A stretch of 64,000 nt of DNA, taken from NCBI RefSeq assembly GCF_046119375.1, contig NW_027362764.1, positions 480,190,001 to 480,254,000 on the forward strand, given 5' to 3'. The stretch's first letter is position 1, and every line of letters starts with the position of its first letter. The translations under genes were made by a program, and so were the position numbers. Positions 49,201 through 59,948 of this stretch are shown here, in pieces. The notes beneath the pieces were generated by a model. That model was not told the origin of the DNA. It made no database searches and saw nothing but the letters and a program-made list of their open reading frames with translations. This DNA is from Phyllobates terribilis (lineage: Eukaryota).

Positions 49201-49938
49201 ACAGTAAGTGGGATCTCCAACCTCATCATCATCACCCTGTGCGTTATCACACCCGTCGTCCTCAGAGCCAACCTGTTCCTGCCCTGACAAAAAACTAAAG
49301 ATGTCGCTCCAATCAGGTATTTGAGTCTCATCATCGTCTTCCTCATTGTCTCCACCAACAGGAGTTACAGTTTGGGAATGAGGGTCTACATTATGGTCAG
49401 AACCTTCTGCGTCTGGTCCTGGATCCAACTCATAAAGATTCTGGGCATCAGTGCAGATCATTTCCTCGTCTGGATTCACAGAAGCGCTGGAGTCGACCTC
49501 TGATTCCTAGGCTATAGTATGAGTAAACAGCTCTGCAGACTCAACCATCTGTTCTACCTCATACTCAGACGGGCAGCTGGAGATTTGGGAGCTGTGAGGA
49601 AGCAAGTGCGATTGGGGTGACACCTTTGAGGACTGGAGTATTTGTGATGTTGAAGTTGATGTGGAGGAGAGCCCACTTAAAGGAGCACTTGATATCCGTT
49701 GAAGCACCTGCTGTTTTTGTGCCTCATCTGGAATTTGTAGCGATTGGCGTGGCCGTAAGAAAGGGATCTTATCACATTGTCCGCTAAAAGAAGTAGACAT
49801 TTTAGTTTGGCTGGAAGATGGTCTTTCTTCTGCAGATGTTACTGTTGCTTTAACACCTACCCCACGGACACAACCTTTTTTCCCTTTCCCAACATGCCTA
49901 TTCCCCTTTCCACCAGCAGCAGGCCTTTTTCCACTCAT
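46237..49938 (-). pseudogene. hAT-2 transposase (~1233 codons, single internal TAG at 49507-49509)
   Basis: 49938-49507 and 49479-46237 are in the same frame. BED finger (AWAFF..C..C..H..H), HFTTDTWTS, VCDNAAN, CMAHVLNL, TRWNST and CPAASVLSERVFSAAG. Confidence 0.94.
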
Positions 49939-50039
49939 TTTGGTGGTTAACTAATTCACAACTCTGGAGTTGTTTGCACAAAAAAACAATGGATGGGAAC
50001 CGAGCAGAGCTGAGTGGCCAAACTGTGGTATTAGGCCAA

Positions 50040-51322
50040 AACTATTGGCTGGGTTAGATGCAGAAAAAAATTATATTCAATTTGCAACCTGATGGAGGTC
50101 AGTATAGATGGACTAATAGAACAAGTCCCACACACAGCTAGAAGCCCAAATATTTTTACAGAGGTAGATGCAGAAAAAAAAAAATTCAGTTTGCAACCTG
50201 ATGGAGGTCAGTATAGATGGACTAATACAACAAGTCCCACACACAGCTAGAAGCCCAATATTTTTTCAGAGCTAGATGCAGAAAAAAATTATATTCAATT
50301 TGCAACCTGATGGAGGTCAGTATAGATGGAGTAATAGAACAAGTCCCACACACAGCTAGAAGCCCAAATATTTTTTCAGAGCTAGATGCAGATAAAAATT
50401 ATTTTTAATTTGCAACCTGATGGAGGTCAGTATAGATGGACTAATAGAGAAAGTCCCACACACTGCTAGAAGGCCAAATATTTTTTCAGAGCTAGATGCA
50501 GAAAAAAATTATAGTCAGCTTGCAACCTGATGGAGGTCTGTATAGATGGATTAATAGAACAAGTCCCACACACAGCTAGAAGCCCAATATTTTTTCAGAG
50601 GTAGATGCAGAAAAAAATATATTCAGTTTGCAACCTGATGGAGGTCAGTATAGATGGACTAATACAACAAGTCCCACACACAGCTAGAAGCCCAATATTT
50701 TTCAGAGCTAGATGCAGAAAAAAATTATATTCAATTTGCAACCTGATGGAGGTCAGTATAGATGGAGTAATAGAACAAGTCCCACACCCAGCTAGAAGCC
50801 CAAATATTTTTTCAGAGCTAGATGCAGATAAAAATTATTTTTAATTTGCAACCTGATGGAGGTCAGTATAGATGGACTAATAGAGAAAGTCGCACACACT
50901 GCTAGAAGGCCAAATATTTTTTCAGAGCTAGATGCAGAAAAAAATTATATTCAGTTTGCAACCTGATGGAGGTCAGTATAGATGGACTAATAGAGAAAGT
51001 CCCACACACTGCTAGAAGGCCAAATATTTTTTCAGAGCTAGATGCAGAAAAAAATTATATTCAGTTTGCAACCTGATGGAGGTCTGTATAGATGCATTAA
51101 TAGAACAAGTCCCACACACAGCTAGAAGCCCAATATTTTTTCAGAGGTAGATGCAGAAAAAAATATATTCAGTTTGCAACCTGATGGAGGTCAGTATAGA
51201 TGGACTAATAGAGAAAGTCCCACACACTGCTAGAAGGCCAAATATTTTTTCAGAGCTAGATGCAGAAAAACATTATATTCAATTTGCAACCTGATGGAGG
51301 TCAGTATAGATGGACTAATAGA
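50040..51322. repeat. ~110-bp tandem repeat (~11-12 copies) in the hAT-2 5' region
   Basis: Unit AGATGCAGAAAAAAATTATATTCAATTTGCAACCTGATGGAGGTCAGTATAGATGGACTAATAGAACAAGTCCCACACACAGCTAGAAGCCCAAATATTTTTTCAGAGCT. Confidence 0.95.
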
Positions 51323-52237
51323 ATGATGCTATGCCCAAAAGATTTTACTTCACTAGGTGCAGTAAAAAAATTGGTATTCTATACACAGGTGGTATATCTT
51401 GCAACACAGATAGGCTACTCCACTGACTAACACACTCTGCAATAGGCCAAAAAGGATTAGCTTTGCTAGATTCAGCCAAATGCTGTGAAAAAAACTTGCA
51501 CAGCACTGGCACAGACCTGCCTGGCAAAAACTGATAGGAACTGATGTAACCTAGTCCTGAAAAGGACTCTAATTACAATTAGTCTTTACTCCCACAACCT
51601 ATCTACTTAAGAGCACAGACCTGCCTGATAAAAGTCGTAGGAAATGCTGTAACCTAGTCCTTAAAAGGACTGCAATCACAACTATTCCCTACTCCCAAGC
51701 TATCTGTAGATTTGTGCGAAAATTGGCTTGAAATTAACAAGGTATAGCGCACACAGCAACAGCGGTGCCGTCTAACACGCAGCTGCAGCAGTGAGAAAAT
51801 GGTGGCGACGGGGAAAATGGCTTGGTCTTATAGGGCAAGGACATGTGACATACACTGCCAATGACACATGCCCTTGCTTGTGTGAAAAAAAGCACTTCGC
51901 TCCGTGTGTGCGCTGCTGATAGGCTGACAGATTGCACCTCCCCACTGTAAATGCGGGAAAGAGAAAAAAATGGAGATCTTCATTATTCCTGCAGAGATCC
52001 ATCCCCTGCCCCTCCCCCCACCCCGCTGTACACTCAAACTGCGTATTAACATTAATTTTCATCATTACTGAGAAAAAATCCAGTTATGATTTTGGTGCAC
52101 GAACAGTTATCGAACATAACCTCGAACAGCCGAATTTTTCTCAAATCGTTCGTGTTCGCCGAACGGCTCGAACACCGCCCAAAACAGCTCGAATTTGAGA
52201 TTGGCGAACAGTTCGAGTAGAACAACGCTCATCTCTA

Positions 52238-55200
52238 CTCAGGGTATCCATGGGGCCTGCAGAAGTACGCCTGAAACGTCTTTGCTGCTGTCTCTGCCGT
52301 CAGGTCTTTGACGGTGGCGATCACCAGGAACCTGGAGTAGTGATCCACCATGGTCAGGGCATAGGAGTATCCTGACCTGCTAGGTGACAGCTTGACATGG
52401 TCCAGGGCCACGATCTCCAAGGGTCGAGTCGTCTTGATGGGTTGCTGGGGTGCCTTCTGGCTGCCGTAGTCTTTTCTTCTGAGGCTACAGGGTCCACAGT
52501 TTCGGCACCACCTCTCAATGGAGCTGCGCATTCCCACCCAGTAGAATCGACACTTCAGCAGGGTCTCTAGCTTTTTCCAGCCAAAGAGTCCCACCTGATC
52601 GTGGTAGGCTTCCAACACCATTTGGATGTCTGTCTTGGGCACTACGATCTGCCATACCTTCTCATGGGTTTTGGGGTTGACGTACCTCCGGCACAGCTTC
52701 TCTCTATAGATGAACAGCCGGCTCTTCTCTTTCCACAGCTGCTTAGCTTGGAGAGACGCTTCCTTCTCCAGGGAGGAACCTTCCTGGGTTATCAGTTCTT
52801 TGATACGGCTGACAACCGGGTCGCTGTCCTGGGTCTCCTTCCAGCTGTGGTGAGGCAGGGGGTTTAACGTCTTCCCACGCTGCCTCCTGGAGGCTCGTTG
52901 CTCGTGGATCATCCCATTCCGGTGAAAGGCAGGTAGTTCAATCTCTTCCAGGTCATCCACTTCTTCTTCAGTATCCGACTGGTGAGGCATCCTGGACAGG
53001 GCATCGGCGTTGGGGTTCTTGCGGCCCCCTGGTGCTTAATAGTGAATCGGTAGTTTGACAGATGAGCCATCCACCGTTGTTCCATGGCTCCTAGCTTGGC
53101 TGTCTCCAGATGAGTCAAGGGGTTATTATCAGTGAAGGCAGTGAACTTACTGGAGGCTAGGTAGTGCTTGAACCGCTTGGTGATGGCCCAGACCAGGGCC
53201 AGGAACTGCAACTTGAAGCTGCTATAGTTCTCCGGGTTCCTCTCGGTCGGGTGGATCTTCCTGCTTGCATAAGCGATCACCTTCTCTTTGCCATTCTGCT
53301 TCTGACTCAGTACAGCCCCTAATCCTTCGTTGCTGGCATCAGTGTACAGCAGGAACGGTTGGCTGTAGTCAGGGTAGGCTAGGATCTCTTCGCCGTTCAG
53401 GATCTCCTCCATCACATTAAAGGATTCAGCTTGCTCCTTACCCCACTGGAACGGGGGATTTCTGCCTCTGGGGGACTGTCCTACCAGGAGGTCTTGCAGA
53501 GGCACCGCTTTCTTAGTATAGTCCTTCACAAACCTCCGGTAATACCCGACTAGTCCCAGGAGCTGACGTACCTCCTTGAGGTTCTTCGGCTCCGGCCACT
53601 TCTGGATGGCAGTGACCTTCTCCGGGTCTGGTGCTACTCCCTCTGGACTAACGATGTGCCCCAGGTACTGTACCTTTCTCTTGAGCAGGTGGCACTTTGA
53701 GGGTTTCAGCTTCATCCCCTACCGGGACAGTGACTCAAATACCTCCGCCAGGCGCTTCAAGTGGTCGTCATACGTCTTGGAGTACACTATCACGTCATCC
53801 AGGTATAGTAACACAGTCTCGAAGTTGCGGTGCCCCAGGCAGCACTCCATCAATATTTGGAACGTTCCGGGGGCGTTGCAGAGTCCAAACGGCATACTAT
53901 TGAACTCGCAGAGTCCCATCGGGGTGGTGAAGGCCGTCTTCTCCCGATCCTCCTCAGCCACAGCTACTTGCCAGTACCCACTAGTGAGGTCAAGGGTGGA
54001 AAAGTAATTTGCAGACTTTAAGGCAGCCAGGGATTCGTCAATACATGGTAAAGGGTATGCATCTTTATGTGTAATGCGATTTACTTGTCTGTAATCTACA
54101 CACATTCTCATGCTTCCATCCTTTTTCCTGACTAGAACTAGGGGAGCTGCCCAGGGACTACAACTATCCCTTAATACCCCTGCCTTCTTCATGTCGTGCA
54201 ACATCTCCTTCGCCTTCTGGCAGTGTGCTGGTGGTATAGGCCTGTAACGTTCTTTGATGGGTGGATGGTCACCTGTGGGGATATGATGTTGAACCCCCTT
54301 AATCCTCCTGAAGTCAAGTGGGTGCTTACTGAATACTTGCTCGTATTCCTGAGCCACCCGGTGTACACCCTGCTTCTGATGGGCAGGAGTGGTGTCTGTC
54401 CCAACATGGAGCTGTTGACACCAATCCTCCACCTGGGTTGCCGGGTCATTATCCTCCACTTCGTCTGGTGAGGTTAAGGACTCCGCCGTGTGTATGGAGT
54501 TGTTATTTACTGTGTACAGTTTGGCAACAGTGGCATAGCGTGGTAATCTAACCTCGTCCTCCCCATAGTTTAGGAGGCATACGGGCATCCTCCCATTGCG
54601 TACATCCACTACCCCTCTGGCGATCAAGAGTGTAGGTCTATGCTCCGAGCTAAGGGGCTCTACTACCGCCTGGTAGCTCCGTCCTTTGAGACCTATTGCT
54701 GCTCTACACCAGATAAGCATTTCACTCATTGGGGGAATCACAATGGGTATGGGGTCTGTTACCCGCACATTACCAATCTCACCACCGGATAGCTTTACTT
54801 GTTGCTGGTGCATAAGGGCCCGGATCTCTTTCTGCAGCGCCCTTCTCTGCTCTGGTCTGGCAGTGTCAGCTATCTGTTGGAGCAAGAACAACACTTCTCC
54901 CAAACAGTTACTAACAATATTTGTGCCAAGTACCATATACAAGTCTGTATCATCAGGATTAGTCTCTACTACAATTAGTCCCTGGTCCTTCAGTTCCACT
55001 CTTCCCACCTTTACTGCCACATCCTTAACCCCGACTAGGTTAAGGGGGAGGCCGTTTGTAGCATAAACGGAAAGGTTTGGAGCTGGTGGGCTTAGGTCGT
55101 CCATGCACCAGAACCTTTTGTAGAGGACATCAGGCATGATGGTTACCTGAGATCCTGTATCCAGCAGAGCGGATGTCGCGATGCCGTCCAGCACAATGGA

Positions 55201-55371
55201 CAGGAAAGGTCTTCCTCCCACGAACCTGCTGTACCAGTCTGATGGGCCTGGGGGGTCTACGCCTGGGTGTCGGCCCTCGGCCCCAGGGTTTTCTCGTTTA
55301 AAGGACAGCTCTGGACGGTGTGACCTGTCTTGTGGCAGCGGTAGCAAACAGGGTCCCTCGGCGGGCGGCAT
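52238..55371 (-). pseudogene. Element B pol (PR-RT-RNase H-integrase N-terminal half), frameshifted
   Basis: LLDTGSQVT, SPWAAP..RMCVDYR, YLDDVIV, YTDASNEG, integrase zinc finger (YHDQVG...C..C) and IVALDHV; frame changes near 53717 and 53030. Confidence 0.93.
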
Positions 55372-56318
55372 TGGTCACTGGTCCTCCTAGGGGGCGGCGT
55401 TGTCCTCCTCCTCCTTCTCATCCAGGGGACATCCTCAGGGCTGTGGGCTAGCAGGATCCTTCCTTCTGCCTCGGGCTCCGTCCTCAGCTGCAGGGCACTC
55501 AGTACAGTGGTCAGGGTTTTGCTCAACTGACGCACTTCTGAGCGCAGGGTGTCCAGCTCACTAGGGGACGTTGCTTGCACCTTGGCTTCAGCAGCTACCG
55601 GAGAAAAGGTGGATGCTGCAGGCACTGGGGTGGCCCCACCCTGGTAACATTGGATAGCAGTTGTTTCCAGGGGCTGCAGTCCTTTTATAGCCATGTCCTT
55701 AAGGGTGTCAAAGGTGGCATCTGGATGATCCAGGGACCACCAACGCACAGTCCTACTCTCCTCTTGAGACCTCAGTCCCCGGATAAACTGTTCCTTCAGC
55801 ATTTTATTTTCATCATTGATGCTGGTTGGACTAACCTGTTTCAGAGCCCACAGGACCCCTTAAAAACGCCAGGCATAGTCCCGAACACTGTCCTCCGGTT
55901 GCTGAGAGCAGTTGTAGAACCTCATCTGGAGGTCTGTCTCAGTACGATTCTCAAAGACAATCTGTAACTTTTTAAAGATTGCGGACACTGACTCCTGGTC
56001 TGCAGCCGACTAGGTTTCTACTTCTCGCTCCGCAGCACCAGTCAATTGTCCTAATACAACAGCAGCTCTTTGCTTGCCTGTCATAGAGTACATGTCCAAT
56101 ATACCGCATATTTTCCGCTTAAATCCAGACAGGGTATCTGGTTTGCCGCTATACTGGGGGAGCCACTTCGCTCCAGGGATGTACGGCAGGGCCATGAGTA
56201 TGACAGGGGTTACAGGCCCTGCTGGTGGAGCGGCTGCTTCGGCCTGCTCGACGCCGAGCTCGGGTGGAACATCAGGGCGGTTAACCGGTGCTCCGGCGTT
56301 GTGCTGTTCTTCGGACAT
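55257..56318 (-). pseudogene. Element B gag with CCHC knuckle, disrupted
   Basis: LPQYSGKP...QLTGAAEREV (internal stop)...LKEQFIRGL...CYRCHKTGHTVQSC. Confidence 0.85.
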
Positions 56319-56683
56319 TCTGGCGCCCCCCTAGCGAACCGTGGCCTACCTTCTTTTCTTTCCTTCCGGTAGGCCGCAGCTCCGCAGGTGACGGTCTTTT
56401 TCAGGACCTTGCGTCGCTTGCATCCTACGTCAGAGCATTCAGCGACGCTCCTTCCAGGACCTGGCGCTTCCTGGTTTGACGTCGAGGCATGGGGCGTGTC
56501 CGGGGCTTCGCGCGCTTTAGCAGGTACGCCTTTCAGTTTTCCCGCGGTTACGCCCTTCTTCCCGCTCGGCGACACAACAATGGCAGCAATCTTCGCCACA
56601 GTTAAAATACACAGTTTTTGATTAAAGGCGCACAGTACCCGGTGGCAACGGGCACAACACTCTGTCGTTGCAGCGGGCACGGA

Positions 56684-56701
56684 ATCCTGTTCGGGATGCC
56701 A
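56684..56701 (-). other. Element B primer-binding site, tRNA-Ser-like
   Basis: TGGCATCCCGAACAGGAT; its complement ATCCTGTTCGGGATGCCA matches 16/18 of the tRNA-Ser(CGA) 3' end as I recall it (ATCCTGTTCGTGACGCCA); 9 nt from the LTR. Confidence 0.6.
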
Positions 56702-57868
56702 GGAAAGAGATGATGCGCCCTGGGGATGGGGACGACTCGGCGCCCGGGCCTTGTTTCCTGGTCTTGGGGATGTCGCGGTGGTCGGCTCCCGGGCCCGTAC
56801 CCTGGGCCTCTCTTTAAAAGGGTGGATAATTATGTGAAAGTTCGTGACGCCACCCGTGGTGTCTGGTGAAGACCACCAGCGCTGCTGCAGTCCTCTGAGG
56901 CCGGTGATCAGGCAGCTAGATGGTGTGGCTCCCCACAGGTGGAGCAGGGCCTCAGGGCAGCATAGAAGGGGGGGATGCAGGACAGAGGGGACCCAGCCGG
57001 GTCGGAGGAAGAATAGGCACACACACGATAGTTCACTTCAGTACCTTTACTGGTGGTGTTTCAGGCACGATCCAGGGCACTGTAGGGTGAAGGGTGCATT
57101 TCAGGACTCTTCCCAGTGAGCGGGTGTGGGGCCTCCTGTTCTTTGCCTTTCCTTAATAAGTTTCTGACCTGCCTGGAGCTAGGCCTAACTTTGTCTCTGT
57201 CTTGCATCTGCTGATCCCGGTGATAGGGCCTTCTGTTGGAATTCACACTCCCTGGTTTCTGGGGTTTTGGTAACTCCTGACCCTGGTACGTTGTCAGCGC
57301 TTGGGTTAACCTGAGACATATAGTTCGCCAGGGGTTCCGGTCGTTTCTGCTGGTCCTAGAGATCCTTGCAGACATGGACCCGTTGTCCGGTATATGGTCT
57401 TGGGGTAAGCTGGCTAAGCTCCTCTGCCCCCTATGTAACTCGCTACTCCACTTGCCTTCGGCCACGCTCGGGCCCTCACTAGGCTACACACAGCAGTAGG
57501 CCTCGCTACTCTTCACCGCTCTTATGGCGTCGGCACACCTTGGGCTCACTAACCTGAGCTCTCTGAGTCTGGACTGTGCTCCACTGCAGGATGGCTTCTG
57601 CAGGAGCTCCTCTGAACAGGCTTCCTTCTACAGACTGGATTCTCACAGACTGGAACTAGCTCTGTCCCCTGAGGAAACTGGACTTCAGAATTACTCCAGA
57701 CTCCAGACCAGACTGACTGCCTGGCTCCACCTTCCCTATTTATATCCCTAACGGGCTCCCTCTGGTGGTCTGAGGTGGAAGGTGGAGGTGTGTGTATGCT
57801 GTGGGGGCCTCTTGTGGGGGATCCATCCATGCACCCCTCTAGGATCTAATGCGCAGCAGGGCGCCACA

Positions 57869-58310
57869 CTCCTCAATAAATCTATGACCTAGTCTCCCAG
57901 TACATACCTGCACGCAACCTCCGATCCTCACAAGATCTCCTTCTCTACTCCCCTCTTATCTCCTCTTCCCACAATCGCATACAAGATTTCTCCGTGCATC
58001 CATCCTACTTTGGAACTCTCTACCCCAATATATCAGGTTCTCGCCTACCGTGGAAACCTTCAAAAGGAACCTGAAGACCCACCTCTTCCGACAAGCCTAC
58101 AACCTGCAGTAACCACCGTTCCACCATACCGCTGCATGACCAGATCTACCCTAACCTACTGTATCCTCACCCATCCCTTGTAGACTGTGAGCCCTCGCGG
58201 GCAGACCTTCTCTCCTCCTGTTGCCTTCACGTTTTGCTATGTATACCCCTTTTTCACATGTAAAGCGCCATGGTATAAATGGCGCTATAATAATAAATAA
58301 TAATAATAAG
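57869..58310 (+). mobile_element. L2 LINE 3' end (right part)
   Basis: ..LVSQYIPARNLRSSQDLLL...LWNSLP...FKRNLKTHLFRQAYNLQ*, then the 3' UTR and GTAAAGCGCCATGGTATAAATGGCGCTATA(ATAATAA)n tail. Confidence 0.88.
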
Positions 58311-58604
58311 TATAAGACATGATGTTAGAGCAGAATAGTGACTACAACTCCGTTTAACCATTTTCAACATTAATTACTTCACATTTTACTAGAGAGAGAG
58401 AGAGAGTGAGGGCACACTATGAGGTTCAATAAAGAGAGTGAGGGCACACTATGGCTGACAGTGTAAAGTGTGAGTTAACAGAATGGGGGCAGTATATAAC
58501 TTGAGACAGGGCCGGCTCCAGGTTTTTGGGTGCCCTGGGCGAAAGAGTCTCAGTGGGCCCCTTTAACACATACCATGATTCGTGATGCACAGATAAGAAA
58601 TATA

Positions 58605-58973
58605 CAGCTCTGGCAAAAATTAAGAGACCACTGCAGAATTTTCAGTTTCTCTTTATAGGTATATTTTTGAGTAAAATGTACATTGTTGTTTTAGTCTATA
58701 AACTACTGACAACATGTCTCCGAAAATCAAAGCTAAAAATTTTGTATTTATTTGTAGCAAATGATAAAGCGTCAAAATACTAAAAAAGAAACAGTGCTTT
58801 CAGACCTCAAATTACTCATGTTTTAACTCAGGAACAGTTCAGAAATCAATATTTGGTGGACTAACCATGATTTTTAATCACAGCTTTCATGCGTCTTAGC
58901 ATACTTTCCACCAGTCTTTCCATGCTTTCCAATGGAAAACTGTTCAGTGGTCTCTTAATTTTTGCCAGAGCTG
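58605..58973. mobile_element. Internally deleted Tc1 (MITE-like) nested in the non-autonomous hAT
   Basis: TIR CAGCTCTGGCAAAAATTAAGAGACCACTG at both ends; TA on the left. Confidence 0.85.
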
Positions 58974-59109
58974 TTTATATAGTACAATGCCAAAGATTTC
59001 ACTTACTTCTTACGTTACATGAGTGATATCTATTGTAAATTCCACAATAGATCAGAAACTGGCGAATCCTCACAGCGCGTGCCCTGGGGGGAGTCAAATG
59101 TTTTCATTT

Positions 59110-59475
59110 TATACCGGACAGTATAGTCCTCCATACAGTATTATGGGCACCACATAGTCTTCCATACAGTATAATGGGCCCCACATAGTGCTCCATACAG
59201 TATAATGGACCCCATATAATTCTTCATACTTGATGGGCCCCATACAATGCTGCATACAACATGGGCTCCATATATTGCTCCATATATAATGGGCCCCATA
59301 TAATGCCCCATATATAATGGGCCCCATATAATGCTCCATACAAGATGGGCCCCATATAATGCTCCATACATGATGGGCCCCATATAATGCTCCATATATA
59401 ATGGGCCCCATATAATGCTCCATACAAGATGGGCCCTATATAATGCTCCATACATGATGGGCCCCATATAATGCT
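59110..59475. repeat. ~28-29-bp minisatellite
   Basis: ATAATGGGCCCCATATAATGCTCCAT(AT/ACAAG/ACATG) units. Confidence 0.9.
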
Positions 59476-59948
59476 GTGTACAGGAAAAAAAAAAATACTT
59501 ACCTCTCCTCGTTTCTTGCTGGCTGCAGCATTACCCCTCCTCAGTGTCACCATCTTCCCGCTCTCTGCCCTGTGATGCTCATAGCAGAGGGCACACTGTA
59601 GTGATGTCATTGCCCCCTCTGCCCTGAGACGTCACAAGTCAGTAGACGCAAAAGAAGCTGGAGCGGGAATGGGGAGAGGTAGGGGTCCCTGACGGCGAGT
59701 GGGCCCCCCCTGCTGGCTCAGGGCCCCGGTACTTGCGTGGGTGCACCGGGTGCTGACGCCGGTCCTGACTTGAGGGCACAGTATGGGGGCAGCATGGGGG
59801 AAAGTGTTAATCGGGGGCACAGTATGGAGAAGTGGCATAGTATGGAGGAGGGGCACAGTATGGAGGGATTATAGTGTGCAGGGGACAGTGTGGAGATAAA
59901 GACAGCATGAAATGGGAAAAGCGTGGGAGCCATTATTTCATAGGGGAG

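Larger units (their letters stand above)
42178..52237 (-). mobile_element. Large hAT DNA transposon (hAT-2, 10.06 kb) with cargo
   Basis: Imperfect 11-bp TIR (TAGTGTTGAGC / TAGAGATGAGC); 8-bp TSD CTCAGGGT (42170-42177, 52238-52245); GTTCG/CGAAC subterminal clusters at both ends. Confidence 0.95.
39333..57868 (-). mobile_element. Gypsy LTR retrotransposon (element B), integrase split by hAT-2
   Basis: LTRs at 39333-40499 and 56711-57868 (TG...CA, nearly identical); 4-bp TSD CTCC (39329-39332, 57869-57872); PPT AGGGGGAA next to the 3' LTR; gag-PR-RT-RH-IN order. Confidence 0.96.
58507..59767. mobile_element. Non-autonomous hAT element
   Basis: TIR CAGG(G/A)CCGGC; 8-bp TSD ACTTGAGA/ACTTGAGG (7 of 8 match). 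Confidence 0.8.

Noticed and set aside
50040-51322. CRISPR-like array
   Set aside because: Whole units repeat without unique spacers, and the context is eukaryotic.
59109-59610. Repetitive ORFs such as MEHYMGPIIYGALYG
   Set aside because: Translations of a 28-29-bp minisatellite.
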